From assembly GCA_004292595.1 (NCBI GenBank), contig RDXM01000083.1, forward strand, positions 79,215 through 143,214: DNA of 64,000 nt, in the 5' to 3' direction. The notes beneath the pieces are model-generated. The model worked only from the letters and a program-made list of their open reading frames with translations. It did no database searches and was not told the DNA's origin. Position 1 is the stretch's first letter, and every line of letters starts with the position of its first letter. Source of the stretch: Candidatus Kapaibacterium sp. (GTDB taxonomy: Bacteria; Bacteroidota; Ignavibacteria; Kapaibacteriales; UBA4661). The translations under genes were made by a program, and so were the position numbers. Shown piece after piece: positions 38,597 through 48,803 of the stretch.

Positions 38597-40993
38597 TCAT
38601 CTACCGTGCCGAAGCTGCACTGACCTAGCATTTGTCAATGCTTGTCGGGAAAACGCTCCGCGAGCCGCACCAGAGCCGACATCAAATCCGCTCACCAATT
38701 CCTGCAAAACCTCTGTCAGAGCGCGGAGATTCTCGGTTGCACGGGCGATTTCGCTCAGGCTCGCCGTTGTTTCATTGACCGACGAAGAAACGTGTTCGAC
38801 GTTTTTTGCAATCTGCGCGGCGGTCGAAGATTGCTGTTGCATAGCGTCGGCAGAGCGTTTGACCTTCGTTTCCACCTCCTGCGAACCCGCCAGAATGCCC
38901 GCTAATGCTTCGCCAGCCTGTTTTGCAAGATTCAAGCCTTCGCGCACCTCGTTGTTGCCGCGTTTCATGCCAATCACAGCATCGTTGGTATCGCGCTGAA
39001 TATGCTGAATCGTCCTGCTAATTTGCTTGGTGGCTTCGGCAGTGCGCTCGGCAAGTTTACGGACTTCATCGGCAACAACGGCAAAGCCGCGCCCTTGCTC
39101 ACCAGCTCTTGCCGCTTCTATTGCGGCGTTCAAGGCAAGAAGATTGGTTTGGTCGGCAATTTCTTCAATTACCTGCACGATTTCGCCAATTTCCGCGCTT
39201 GAATTACCCAATTTTTCAACGACTGCGGCGGCTCCGCTCACAACCTTTGCTATTTCTTCAATCTTCGTTACCGCCGCGCCCACTACTCGTGCGCCCTCTG
39301 TGGCATTCGAGCCGTTTTGCTGCGTAATTCGACTGACATCCGATGCGTGATGTGCATTTTCACTCACCGATTCCGCCATTTCTTCGACCGAAGAGGCGAT
39401 TTCCGTTACTTGCGCCGCTTGTTCCTCGCTTGTGGCTGCCATTTCACCAGAGGCAGAACTGATATGCGCTGCAATCGTGCTGGTCTCTTCGACATTCTGA
39501 ATCACTTGCCGCACCAAGCTGCGCACCGCAACAACACTCTGATTGAAGCCCGTCATAATTTTGTTTATATCATCGTCGTTGCCATTGGACTGCACCTCTA
39601 CGGTCAAATCTCCCAAAGAAAATCGCTGCATTGCCTCAAGAATGCGCTTGGTGCTTGCTTCGAGGTATGCTTGCTGCCCTTGAACGGCACGAAGGTTTTC
39701 CATGTCCTTCTCGTGCATGGCTTCTTGCTCGCGGCGCAATTCGGCTCTGGCTTCTTCTACTTTGCGTTCGACGGAGGCTTTTTCCTCTTCTATCTGCCGC
39801 ATCAAACCTTGCTGTTCAGCTAAACGAACCTTTGCTCTTCTGGAAAGAACTATCAAAAAACCAATAATCACCAACAAGGCGAATCCACCTGCGAGTGCAT
39901 TGCGCATGGTGCTTCGTTTCTGCTCTTCTTCTTGGCGCAGCATTTCTTGAACTTCCTGCCGTTTTAATTCGGCAGCTTGGCGCGTGGCATCAAGTTTTTT
40001 GTTATTTTCTTCATTGAAAAGTTCTTCGCTGACTTGATTTAATCGCTGCTGGAAGGTATATGCTTCCTGAAATTTCTGCTGGGCAGCGGCACTTTTTGAC
40101 AAAATTTCCAACGACTCTCGTTGGCGGAGCTTAAATCCCGAACTGCTATCAATCGCTAATGCTTCAAGCCCGTATTTGTAGGATTGTACAAAATCTTTTT
40201 TGTCAAGCATCAATCGCGCCAATCCCGCCAAAATCTCTGAGCGAGAATACAGGTCTCCACCTCGCACCAATGCTTGATTGTAATAATACTGTGCGCTGTC
40301 GAATTGGCGAAGTCGGCGGTAGGTTTCGGCTATATTTGCAAGGTCTTCTGCCATGCCAAGTGTGTCTTTGAAGGCTGTTTCTATTGCCAATGTTTGAAAA
40401 AAGTATGGCAGTGCTGCGGAATTATTCCCCAAGCTACGATAGGTTTCGCCCAAATTATTAGTCGGAGCAGCCATACCGCTCGAATCGCTCATGCTCTGAA
40501 AGAGGCGTAAAGACTCGTTCAAGGCTTTTATTGCTTCGTCGTATTGCTTTTGGTTTTTGTAAATAGTGCCAATCCGATTCAGCGTTTGCGCAATTTTTTT
40601 GACATCGCCTAATTTCTCATACAAACCCTGCGCTTTGATAGCAAACTCAAGTGCTGGAACATAATTTCCCAAACGATATTGCGCATTAGCAATGCTATAC
40701 ACGGCAAGTGCTTCCCCGCGCCGAAACTCCAGTTTTTGAGCCAGTTCCAGCGCTTTCATCCCGTACTCAAGACTTTTCTGTGGTGAAACTCTGGCAAGAT
40801 TATTCGATACCGTCGTCAGCATTTCTACCTTTGTCGTATCATCTTGGCGTTGTTGAATTTGCGTCAATAACGAATCGGTAGAATTTGCAACGACGATAGG
40901 AGGCAATAGCCCCAGAACCAGCGCACATCCTAACAATTTCGCAAAGTTCAATAAAGATGGGAAAAAATTCAGAAGAACAGACAAAAATTTCAT
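38597..40993 (-). CDS. MCP with extracytoplasmic tetratricopeptide-repeat sensor
   Basis: Signal peptide, tandem TPR helices ([28 protein letters not shown]), one TM, coiled coil, [38 protein letters not shown]. Confidence 0.9.
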   Translation of the reverse strand: MKFLSVLLNFFPSLLNFAKLLGCALVLGLLPPIVVANSTDSLLTQIQQRQDDTTKVEMLTTVSNNLARVSPQKSLEYGMKALELAQKLEFRRGEALAVYSIANAQYRLGNYVPALEFAIKAQGLYEKLGDVKKIAQTLNRIGTIYKNQKQYDEAIKALNESLRLFQSMSDSSGMAAPTNNLGETYRSLGNNSAALPYFFQTLAIETAFKDTLGMAEDLANIAETYRRLRQFDSAQYYYNQALVRGGDLYSRSEILAGLARLMLDKKDFVQSYKYGLEALAIDSSSGFKLRQRESLEILSKSAAAQQKFQEAYTFQQRLNQVSEELFNEENNKKLDATRQAAELKRQEVQEMLRQEEEQKRSTMRNALAGGFALLVIIGFLIVLSRRAKVRLAEQQGLMRQIEEEKASVERKVEEARAELRREQEAMHEKDMENLRAVQGQQAYLEASTKRILEAMQRFSLGDLTVEVQSNGNDDDINKIMTGFNQSVVAVRSLVRQVIQNVEETSTIAAHISSASGEMAATSEEQAAQVTEIASSVEEMAESVSENAHHASDVSRITQQNGSNATEGARVVGAAVTKIEEIAKVVSGAAAVVEKLGNSSAEIGEIVQVIEEIADQTNLLALNAAIEAARAGEQGRGFAVVADEVRKLAERTAEATKQISRTIQHIQRDTNDAVIGMKRGNNEVREGLNLAKQAGEALAGILAGSQEVETKVKRSADAMQQQSSTAAQIAKNVEHVSSSVNETTASLSEIARATENLRALTEVLQELVSGFDVGSGAARGAFSRQALTNARSVQLRHGR

Positions 40994-41147
40994 GTGATGG
41001 ATTCTCCCTCAAAAACGTGAAATAGAACACATAGCTGCACAATAGCTGCACAATACCGCATTGCACCGATATTGTACGGCACATTCAATTTACAGATTTT
41101 CCCGTAAAATCTATTGGTTCTCAATTTTTAGCAAAAAGCAACGTGCT

Positions 41148-41750
41148 TCACTCCTCAAACCGATGAGAAATTTTCAAATCCTCATACAACCGCTTAAAAT
41201 CTATCTTCCCATAATGCTCTTTCAAATGCGCAACGACCGTAAGCGCACGTTCTATGCGGCGTTCAGAGTTTTTCACCGAAGAAACCACGTAAATCAACGT
41301 GCGCTGTTTTCCTTTGGTGAGCGCGTGAAAAAGGCGGCTTCCGTCCTCGTCTTGATTCATCAACTCGGCAAGCTCTTCAGGCATTTCTAAACCGTACTCG
41401 CTCTCGTCTGCACGCAAGCGCACCAGTAGCCTGCTTCCCTCACCAATACTCAGTTTTGTGCGAATTTTCTTGTTAATCATAATGCCCGTATTTCCTTCGC
41501 CAACAGGTAGCAAGCCGCATTGATACTCGTGTTCAGCTTTGTTGGAAACTAAACATGCTACAACCCGCTTCACACCTTCGTTCTTAAATGCTTCAGCAAC
41601 GTCATTCGGAACATGAACAAGCGTGAGGTAATTGTTACTCGTCGACGAGAGCAGCACCGTTTCGTACTCACGTATTTCTTGTGCGCTTAGGCTAGATTTG
41701 ACGGTATTTGTCGGGCTTTTCTGCGTGATGTTTGTGGTATTTTTTTTCAT
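41148..41750 (-). CDS. DUF1905 / YdeI-OmpD-associated family protein
   Basis: INKKIRTKL..DESEYGLEMPEEL..FHALTKGKQR..RIERA pattern. Start at MKKNTT. Confidence 0.8.
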   Translation of the reverse strand: MKKNTTNITQKSPTNTVKSSLSAQEIREYETVLLSSTSNNYLTLVHVPNDVAEAFKNEGVKRVVACLVSNKAEHEYQCGLLPVGEGNTGIMINKKIRTKLSIGEGSRLLVRLRADESEYGLEMPEELAELMNQDEDGSRLFHALTKGKQRTLIYVVSSVKNSERRIERALTVVAHLKEHYGKIDFKRLYEDLKISHRFEE

Positions 41751-41763
41751 ACATTTCACCTCG

Positions 41764-42195
41764 TTATTTCTCGGAAAAACGTTCTGCTGATTTGGCAATA
41801 ATGGTCTCCAAGACTCTTGTATCCACGTCTGCAAGAGAATTGATGTACAAGCAGCCTTTTCCCGTCGTGTGTTTACCGAGTTTTGCGAGCAATTCATCCA
41901 GATTTTCACAATGCTCACTCGACAAACCCAGATACAGCGTTATGTTTTTCGAGCGCGGCGAAAAGCTCACACTCGGCATATCGCCTTCTCTCCCGGATTT
42001 ATATTTGTAATGATACGACCCAAAGCCCACAATACTCGCACCCCACATCTTGGGTGAAAAGCCCGTTGCTTTTTCCATCAATTTGACTAAAGCAATAGAA
42101 TCATCGCGCTGCTGCCCGTCGGTGGAAGCCTGCAAGAAGGCATCAACACTAATTTCTGTGGCTTTCGTTTTATTTTCTGCTTTTTTTGTTGCCAT
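41764..42195 (-). CDS. DUF1801 (YdhG-like) domain protein
   Basis: PKMWGASIVGFGSYHYKYKSGREG..FSPR..LGKHTTGKGCLYI. Confidence 0.88.
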   Translation of the reverse strand: MATKKAENKTKATEISVDAFLQASTDGQQRDDSIALVKLMEKATGFSPKMWGASIVGFGSYHYKYKSGREGDMPSVSFSPRSKNITLYLGLSSEHCENLDELLAKLGKHTTGKGCLYINSLADVDTRVLETIIAKSAERFSEK

Positions 42196-42231
42196 AATGT
42201 TTCCCTTTGGTTGAAATTCTTGTAGAAGAAA

Positions 42232-42696
42232 TTATGCCCCAAACTGCCGTAAATGGTGGTCGAGATGCTTTGCATGAAACAAGTCCCATTCCTGCGGAGT
42301 CATTGCTCCAAAAAGCGGATGCGGGTCGGTGGGAAATGCCGCCAAGCCGCCTTCGGCAAAGCGCTTGACGAGGCTCAGAAGCTGCTCGCGCTCCACATCA
42401 AACGAGCGGTCATCGTTCACAACAAGCTCTGGAGCGGTCGGCATATTACGACTAAAGCCTGCATCGCCCAAAATTCTTCGTTTTAAAAATCCTCCCACCA
42501 GATAGCTCAAGATATTCCGTTTGGGCATTTTTTTCGCCAATGAGAGCTTCAAAGGGCGTTGGCAGTGCGTCAGCATCTGCGCCACGTTCATTCTGCCCCA
42601 TTCGGCTTTTGACACAGGAGTAAGCGTGTTGATGCGGCGCAGGAGTGCCTCGTTGCCTTCTTTGGTTGCAATACTCAGTATTGATGCGCTGTTCAT
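42232..42696 (-). CDS. DUF1569 / DinB-like protein
   Basis: WGRMNVAQMLTHC, HPLFG, KHLDHHLRQFG. Confidence 0.88.
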   Translation of the reverse strand: MNSASILSIATKEGNEALLRRINTLTPVSKAEWGRMNVAQMLTHCQRPLKLSLAKKMPKRNILSYLVGGFLKRRILGDAGFSRNMPTAPELVVNDDRSFDVEREQLLSLVKRFAEGGLAAFPTDPHPLFGAMTPQEWDLFHAKHLDHHLRQFGA

Positions 42697-42859
42697 AAGA
42701 ATTGTACAAAGTAAAAAAATGGAATAGCTGAAATTCACACTGCAAATATACAACACGGCTGCTGACAACAGTATGTCAGGAGATGTTTTCTGCATTTTTT
42801 GTCTTTTTTCCATCGACCCACTCGGCTCGAAAGCGCGTACAATCAAGCAAGAAGAATCT

Positions 42860-42888
42860 TTGATTTTTCTCGAAAAAAGCTCTATATT
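42860..42888 (+). promoter_or_regulatory. Putative sigma70 promoter of Uma2 gene
   Basis: TTGATT-17 nt-TATATT; homologous to 48727-48755. Confidence 0.6.
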
Positions 42889-42926
42889 CGGCAGACCTCC
42901 CTCGACCACTTTTCAAAGGAAACATC

Positions 42927-43727
42927 ATGGAAACCGTGATTGCAAATACTCTTCAAAATACCGACCTTCTGAACTCTAACTACGACGAGGACGGCACGTA
43001 TTACCCTGAATCCGATGGACAACATATGGCAAATAGTTCCGTACATTTTGAACGCATCGCAACAACGAAATACGGCTTAGAATCGCTCTTTGCTGACCGC
43101 GATGATGTGTTTGTGGCAGGTGATTTATTTTGGTATCCCGTTAAAGGAGAAACGCGCCTTGCTGTCGCACCAGATGTAATGGTAGTGTTTGGTCGTCCGA
43201 ACAATGAGCGAAAATCCTATAAGCAGTGGAATGAAGAGAACATCCCGCCGCAGGTCGTGTTTGAGTTTCTCTCGGAAAGCAATACCGCAGCAGACGTGAT
43301 AAACAAAGCTATCTTTTTCGAGCGTCATGGGGTACAGGAATACTACATTTACGACCTCAGAACAAAGGAACTAAGCGGTTTTATCCGCTACACCGAAAAA
43401 GACAAGCAACTCGAAGAACTAGCGGATATGAACGATTGGAAAAGCCCACGCTTAGGCATTCGCTTCGATATGTCCTCAGGCGAACTGGTGCTGCGCAAGC
43501 CAGATGGAGAGCCGTTCTTGAGCTATGCTGAGGTTGAGCAAGAACTGCAAGAACGCACACGGCAACTGGAGCAAACAGAGGTAAAACTTGAGCAAACAGA
43601 GGTAAAACTTGAGCAAACAGAGGTAAAACTTGAGCAAACACAAATACAACTTTCGGCAAGTGAATCTCGCGCAGCAGCATTGGCAGAAAAACTCCGTGAA
43701 CTCGGCATCAACCCTGATGCACTATAA
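42927..43727 (+). CDS. Uma2/DUF820 PD-(D/E)xK endonuclease with coiled-coil tail
   Basis: YPESDG..MA, APDVMV, PQVVFEFLS, GVQEYYIYD, LRELGINP. Confidence 0.92.
   Translation: METVIANTLQNTDLLNSNYDEDGTYYPESDGQHMANSSVHFERIATTKYGLESLFADRDDVFVAGDLFWYPVKGETRLAVAPDVMVVFGRPNNERKSYKQWNEENIPPQVVFEFLSESNTAADVINKAIFFERHGVQEYYIYDLRTKELSGFIRYTEKDKQLEELADMNDWKSPRLGIRFDMSSGELVLRKPDGEPFLSYAEVEQELQERTRQLEQTEVKLEQTEVKLEQTEVKLEQTQIQLSASESRAAALAEKLRELGINPDAL
43569..43640 (+). repeat. Intragenic 21-bp tandem repeat (EQTEVKL) x3.4
   Basis: Exact copies of GAGCAAACAGAGGTAAAACTT. Confidence 0.95.
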
Positions 43728-43778
43728 AATTTTCACACGCACAATCTATTATTTTTTCTCATCTTGTCTCCAAACTTC

Positions 43779-44750
43779 ATGTCCTTTCTTGATTCCCTTT
43801 TCGCCAAAGCCCGCGCAACAAAGCGCACCGTTGCTTTCCCCGATGCAACCGACGAACGCACCCTCCACGCCGCACGGAAGCTCGTTGATGGCGGTATTGT
43901 CCACCCAGTGCTTGTTGGCGAGAAAGCAGCAATTACGACACTTGCGCAGAAACTCGGCGTTTTGCTCGAAGGAATTGAATTGCACGAACCAGCTACAAGC
44001 GAGCATCTGAGCGGCTTTGCGGCAACCTTCCACGAAATGCGCAAGGCAAAAGGCATGACGGCAGAAAAGGCATTAGAAACCGTGCAGCACCCGCTCTATT
44101 TTGCAGCAATGCTCTTGCGTGAGGGCAAGGTAGATGCGTGCGTTGGCGGCTCGCTCTCCTCAACGGGCGACCTTCTTCGCGCTGCCATTCAAGGCGTTGG
44201 CACGGCTCCAGGGATTGCAACCGTGAGCAGCTTCTTTCTCATGCTCTTTCCCGATAAAATCTTTGCTTTTGGCGATTGCGCCGTCGTTCCTGCACCAAGC
44301 GCACCACAACTTGCTGATATTGCCCTCGCCACCGCCGCAAATTTCACTCGATTAACAGGCGAAGAGCCACGTGTAGCAATGCTTTCTTTTTCCACCAAAG
44401 GCAGCGCAGAACACGAGTACGTGAGCAAAGTGCGCGAAGCATTGGCAATTGTGAAAGAGAAAAATCCCGCACTGAATGTCGATGGTGAATTGCAATTTGA
44501 TGCAGCATTTGTGCCGAGTGTAGGCGCGCGAAAAGCTCCTGACTCTCCCGTTGCAGGCAAAGCAAATGTGTATATTTTCCCCGATTTGAACGCAGGCAAT
44601 ATCGGCTACAAAATCACAGAACGTCTGGGAGGCGCACAGGCAGTGGGTCCGGTGGTGCAAGGTCTTGCCAAGCCCTATCTGGACTTATCGCGTGGCTGTT
44701 CGGTAGATGATATTGTTGCAACGGCGGCGATTGCTGCTTTGATGGCGTGA
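43779..44750 (+). CDS. pta: Phosphate acetyltransferase
   Basis: [48 protein letters not shown]. Confidence 0.93.
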   Translation: MSFLDSLFAKARATKRTVAFPDATDERTLHAARKLVDGGIVHPVLVGEKAAITTLAQKLGVLLEGIELHEPATSEHLSGFAATFHEMRKAKGMTAEKALETVQHPLYFAAMLLREGKVDACVGGSLSSTGDLLRAAIQGVGTAPGIATVSSFFLMLFPDKIFAFGDCAVVPAPSAPQLADIALATAANFTRLTGEEPRVAMLSFSTKGSAEHEYVSKVREALAIVKEKNPALNVDGELQFDAAFVPSVGARKAPDSPVAGKANVYIFPDLNAGNIGYKITERLGGAQAVGPVVQGLAKPYLDLSRGCSVDDIVATAAIAALMA

Positions 44751-44785
44751 ATCACATTCATTCATTCGTATTAAACTTCTACGTT

Positions 44786-46780
44786 ATGAACCTAAAATAT
44801 ACATTTCTTGCAATCAATTTTCTTTTTAGTGCCTTGATTATACTATGTAGTTTACCTTTACCCACACTTGCCCAAAAGAAAAAATCAGTTCCGTCTGTTA
44901 CTGCGCAAGTACCCAATATTCCTGAATATTTGACGATAAATCTTGATGTTCCAATTTTCGAGAATCAAGATTACCGATACGTGCAGACCGTGCGAACACA
45001 AGCACTTCCAGATAATGGCTTTGCTATGAGCTATTTGGGGCAGGACAAAAAAACTCGCTTTATATTTTTGAACAAAAATGACATTCAGAATTCCAGCAAA
45101 CAACCATTAACGACTGCTAAATCCACTATCACCATTGATAGCGCGGTTGTACATTCCTTTGTCATTCACGACAAATATTTGGTATATCTCTACTCACCCA
45201 TCAAGGAGAAATCCCAAACGAAACTGGGTTATCTCATGGAACCCAGCCTTTTTATTTGTAAAATGACCCTTTCAGGAAAACAAATTTTCGCAAAACCACT
45301 CGTCAATGACAGCACCATGAAAATGCTCTGGAATAGAGAATTTTGTCGAATGAATTTCAGCAACACTGGCTCGGACGGCACACAAATAGTGTGGACAGGA
45401 AAATTTTACTCCGTCATATTTCCACATTTCACTCACTGCCAAGATAATGTAAATCACCAAATGGATAGTTGGTACATAATTGATACCGTTGGGACAATTA
45501 AAAATTTAGGTGGGATGCAGGGTTATGCAAATGGCTGGGCATGGCTTACAAGCCACTCTTTTGGGCAGCGATTGGTTTATAGTCCCTATCAATCTGGTAA
45601 TCTGATTGCGGTGAGTGCAAACGATGGCTACCCAGTCCGAGCAATCAACGTACACACGCTCAATACAGAAAAAATTTTGCTTGCAGTTACCACCAGTACA
45701 GCCGACAAGGTAGTGCAAGCCTTTACTGGAAGCAAAGACCAAGCACCTATCATAAAAGTCATAACTCCATTCGACGGTTTAGGAGAGTCGCTTGGTCAGT
45801 TATTCAAAAATGTTCGCCTAGATAAAATTTTTCAAGACATAGGAACTGCCTTTGCAAAACCTCCGCAAGAAGCAGGAGTATTTACCAATAGCACCGAACA
45901 AGATGTTGATAAGGCGTTAGCAAACTCATCTACACAAGCAACAGTGAAAGTACAAAAAAATACGTCAAACCAGCCGACGACATCGGCGAAGCCCTCTAAA
46001 AATCAGACCAAACAATCTGCACCCATCAAAAAAGTAGATACGCTGCAAGCTGCGCTGCAAGTCAAGCAATCACAACAATTAGCAGCCAAAGCAGCAGCAG
46101 ATAGTCTAAAGATTCGACAACAACAAATTCAGGAACAACAGATTCAGGAACAAAATGAACAACGCAAAGCAGATAGCCTGATGTGGGAATACTCCTTCAA
46201 TAATGCAAGCAAAGATTTATTGCTAGGCAATAGTTTGTTTCCGATTCGTGGTGCTTCAGGTGATAATTACATTGCCAATACACAGTTAGGTGATATTATC
46301 CCCACTCCCACAGGAGCCGTTTTTACATTTTGTTCGGCTGAAAAAAGAGATACCGTCAAAAATTTTGCACAAGATGTATGCTGGATGAAAATCAATACAA
46401 AGGGTCGCCTAGAGTCCGCACGGTGGCTTACGTTTACGCCCCAACTAGCAGAACAAAATGTTCATACATCAAGAATCGGTAACCTCAATCTTTTTATCGT
46501 CATTTGGGATGTGTTTCTTCCCGCCACCAGTGGAGAATTTTGGCGATGTGAACAAGAGTCTATTTTTTCGCATTCGGAGTACGTCATCGTTGACGAAGAC
46601 GGACAAGTCATTCGTTCTGAAAAAATATTTGATGAAAGCTATAAAGGTCAATCACTTGAGATAACACATCGCAGAACGCGAAGCTATAATTGCATCCAAC
46701 TCACCAATAAAGATGTTGTTATGCTACGAACAACAAAAGACCCTAAAGAATTGGATTTATTAAGGTTTACATTAAAGTAA
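44786..46780 (+). CDS. Large exported hypothetical protein with a low-complexity Q/K/A insertion
   Basis: Signal peptide; beta-rich halves separated by a Thr/Gln/Lys/Ala-rich segment; visibly AT-richer than pta. Confidence 0.75.
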   Translation: MNLKYTFLAINFLFSALIILCSLPLPTLAQKKKSVPSVTAQVPNIPEYLTINLDVPIFENQDYRYVQTVRTQALPDNGFAMSYLGQDKKTRFIFLNKNDIQNSSKQPLTTAKSTITIDSAVVHSFVIHDKYLVYLYSPIKEKSQTKLGYLMEPSLFICKMTLSGKQIFAKPLVNDSTMKMLWNREFCRMNFSNTGSDGTQIVWTGKFYSVIFPHFTHCQDNVNHQMDSWYIIDTVGTIKNLGGMQGYANGWAWLTSHSFGQRLVYSPYQSGNLIAVSANDGYPVRAINVHTLNTEKILLAVTTSTADKVVQAFTGSKDQAPIIKVITPFDGLGESLGQLFKNVRLDKIFQDIGTAFAKPPQEAGVFTNSTEQDVDKALANSSTQATVKVQKNTSNQPTTSAKPSKNQTKQSAPIKKVDTLQAALQVKQSQQLAAKAAADSLKIRQQQIQEQQIQEQNEQRKADSLMWEYSFNNASKDLLLGNSLFPIRGASGDNYIANTQLGDIIPTPTGAVFTFCSAEKRDTVKNFAQDVCWMKINTKGRLESARWLTFTPQLAEQNVHTSRIGNLNLFIVIWDVFLPATSGEFWRCEQESIFSHSEYVIVDEDGQVIRSEKIFDESYKGQSLEITHRRTRSYNCIQLTNKDVVMLRTTKDPKELDLLRFTLK

Positions 46781-46810
46781 AATTTTTCTCATTATTGATG
46801 GAAAAATCAT

Positions 46811-47044
46811 ATGGAACGCATTATCACTGTTTCGAGGGAGATACAAAGCGGTATTCCCGTTTTCACAGGCACACGCGTCCCTGTGCAGAACCTCTTTGAC
46901 TATTTGAAGGGCGGCGACACGATTGATGAATTTCTGAATGATTTTCCATCGGTCAAGAAGCAGCAAGTTTTGAGCCTGCTTAATGTTCTCGAACACAAAT
47001 TACCCAACGAATTGCTGCAAAAAGATGAAGAATATTTTACTTGA
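46811..47044 (+). CDS. DUF433 family antitoxin
   Basis: IQSGIPVFTGTRVPV..LFDYL..IDEFLNDFP. Confidence 0.9.
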   Translation: MERIITVSREIQSGIPVFTGTRVPVQNLFDYLKGGDTIDEFLNDFPSVKKQQVLSLLNVLEHKLPNELLQKDEEYFT

Positions 47045-47069
47045 TGAAAACCTTCGATTTGACCCATAA
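47025..47069 (+). pseudogene. Truncated DUF5615/PIN-like toxin N-terminus
   Basis: MKNILLDENLRFDP* overlaps the DUF433 3' end; xxLLDENL is the typical start of the partner PIN toxin. Confidence 0.7.
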
Positions 47070-47074
47070 CGAAC

Positions 47075-47974
47075 ATGACCAGTTCCAATAGCCACCACGC
47101 CTCGCGCGATGAACTCGTCGCAATGAATCTTTCGTTGCTGACAAGCCTTGTGATGCTGGTGCTGAAGTGGTCGGCGTATTGGGTAACGCAATCAGCAGCC
47201 GCTTTTTCCGACGCGCTAGAAACGATTGTTCACCTTGCGGCTGTTGGCTTTGCAGCGTACAGTCTGCGCGTGGTCTATCGTCCGCCCGACAGCGACCATC
47301 ATTTTGGGCATGATAAAATCGCGTATTTTTCTTCGGGAATTGAAGGCGTTCTTGTTGTGGGCGCAGGAATTATCATCATTTTCGAGGCTATTGAAAAATG
47401 GTTGCGCGGTATTCATCTGCAAGAATTGGGCGTAGGAATACTCCTGCTTTCCGTTGCAGCCCTCATCAATACTATCTTGGGGACGTATCTTCTGCGCAAA
47501 GGACGCAAAAAATCCTCGCTCATTCTTGAAGCAAACGGAAAGCACATTTTAAGCGATGTGTGGACGAGCGTTGGCGTGGTTGCTGGGCTGGGGCTGGCAT
47601 GGTGGACAGGAATCACCGCTTTCGACCCCATTATTGCGATTCTTTTCGCACTGTACATCATCAAAGAAGGCGGCGAAATGGTGCATAAAGCCTCGCGCGG
47701 ACTTATGGATGCAAGCAATCCCGACCTCGAACACCGCGCCCGCACTGTCTTGGAGCAGTTTTGCACCTTTGAACATCTCACCTTTCATCGCTTTCGCCTC
47801 CGAGAAAGCGGCACCTGCGTCTATATTGATGTTCACCTGCAATTTCCCGCAGAGATGAGTATTGATGAGGCGCACAAGATAGCCAGCCGTGCAGAGCGCG
47901 TCATTGCTGAGGCATTAAAGCAAAATGCTGATATTACCACGCATCTTGAACCAGAAAATGATGAAGAAGAATAG
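47075..47974 (+). CDS. Cation diffusion facilitator transporter (FieF-like)
   Basis: SDALE, PPDSDHHFGHDK, HILSDVWTS, C-terminal AH..HLEP. Confidence 0.92.
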   Translation: MTSSNSHHASRDELVAMNLSLLTSLVMLVLKWSAYWVTQSAAAFSDALETIVHLAAVGFAAYSLRVVYRPPDSDHHFGHDKIAYFSSGIEGVLVVGAGIIIIFEAIEKWLRGIHLQELGVGILLLSVAALINTILGTYLLRKGRKKSSLILEANGKHILSDVWTSVGVVAGLGLAWWTGITAFDPIIAILFALYIIKEGGEMVHKASRGLMDASNPDLEHRARTVLEQFCTFEHLTFHRFRLRESGTCVYIDVHLQFPAEMSIDEAHKIASRAERVIAEALKQNADITTHLEPENDEEE

Positions 47975-47984
47975 CTGCTGTTTC

Positions 47985-48686
47985 TCACAAAGCATCAGGA
48001 TTCATGCCGAGTTCACGGAGTTTTGCCGCAAGTGTAGCGGTATATGTTTTGGTAGCGTCCAGTTCAGCACGGGTATCATCCAATTCCGCATTAATTTCTG
48101 CATAGCTTAGAAATGGCTCTCCATCAGGCTTTCTGAGGACAAGCTCACCTGACGACATATCAAACATAATCCCCAAGCGCGGACTTTTCCAATCGTTCAT
48201 ATCAGGAATTTCTTCCAGTGCCTCATCGTTTTCAGTGAATCGAATAAGACCGCTTAATTGCTTGTGTTCAAGGTCGTAAACGTAATATTCCTGCACACCG
48301 TATCGCTCAAAAAATGCGGCTTTTCGCATCATTTCTGACTGCGTATTGGAATCAGACAAAAACTCAAACACCACCTGCGGCGGCGTATTTTCTTCGTTCC
48401 ACTGGCGATACGATTTTCGCGCTCCCTTGGGACGACCCAATGCCACCATCACATCAGGCGCGACCGCAATCTTCGTCTTGCCTTTGACGGGATACCAAAA
48501 TAAATCCCCTGCAACAAATACATCATCACGGTTAGCAAAGACAGATTCTATGCCGTGTTTCGTTGTGGTGATGCGCTCAAAGTGTTCAGAACTGTTTGCC
48601 ATGGGTTGTCCATCGGAATCAGGGTAAAAAATATCGCCTTCCCACGACGAGAGATTTGGCAAAGCCTGTAAAGTTGCGGTTTCCAT
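47985..48686 (-). CDS. Uma2/DUF820 endonuclease, paralog of 42927-43727
   Basis: YPDSDGQPMA, APDVMV, PQVVFEFLS, GVQEYYVYD, LRELGMNP. Start at METATLQ. Confidence 0.92.
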   Translation of the reverse strand: METATLQALPNLSSWEGDIFYPDSDGQPMANSSEHFERITTTKHGIESVFANRDDVFVAGDLFWYPVKGKTKIAVAPDVMVALGRPKGARKSYRQWNEENTPPQVVFEFLSDSNTQSEMMRKAAFFERYGVQEYYVYDLEHKQLSGLIRFTENDEALEEIPDMNDWKSPRLGIMFDMSSGELVLRKPDGEPFLSYAEINAELDDTRAELDATKTYTATLAAKLRELGMNPDAL

Positions 48687-48726
48687 AGCATTTTTCCTGC
48701 AAAAGTGGGCGAATTGTCTCCACCGA

Positions 48727-48755
48727 AATATAGAGTTTTTTGGGGCAAAAGTCAA
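48727..48755 (-). promoter_or_regulatory. Putative sigma70 promoter of Uma2 gene
   Basis: TTGACT-17 nt-TATATT on the minus strand. Confidence 0.65.
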
Positions 48756-48803
48756 GAGCGATAATGCTCTACATTCAACAAACAAGCCGCATAGAGAGCT
48801 TTA

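Noticed and set aside
42927-48686. Diversity-generating retroelement TR/VR pair between the Uma2 paralogs
   Set aside because: Differences are mostly third-position and not adenine-specific; no reverse transcriptase is present.
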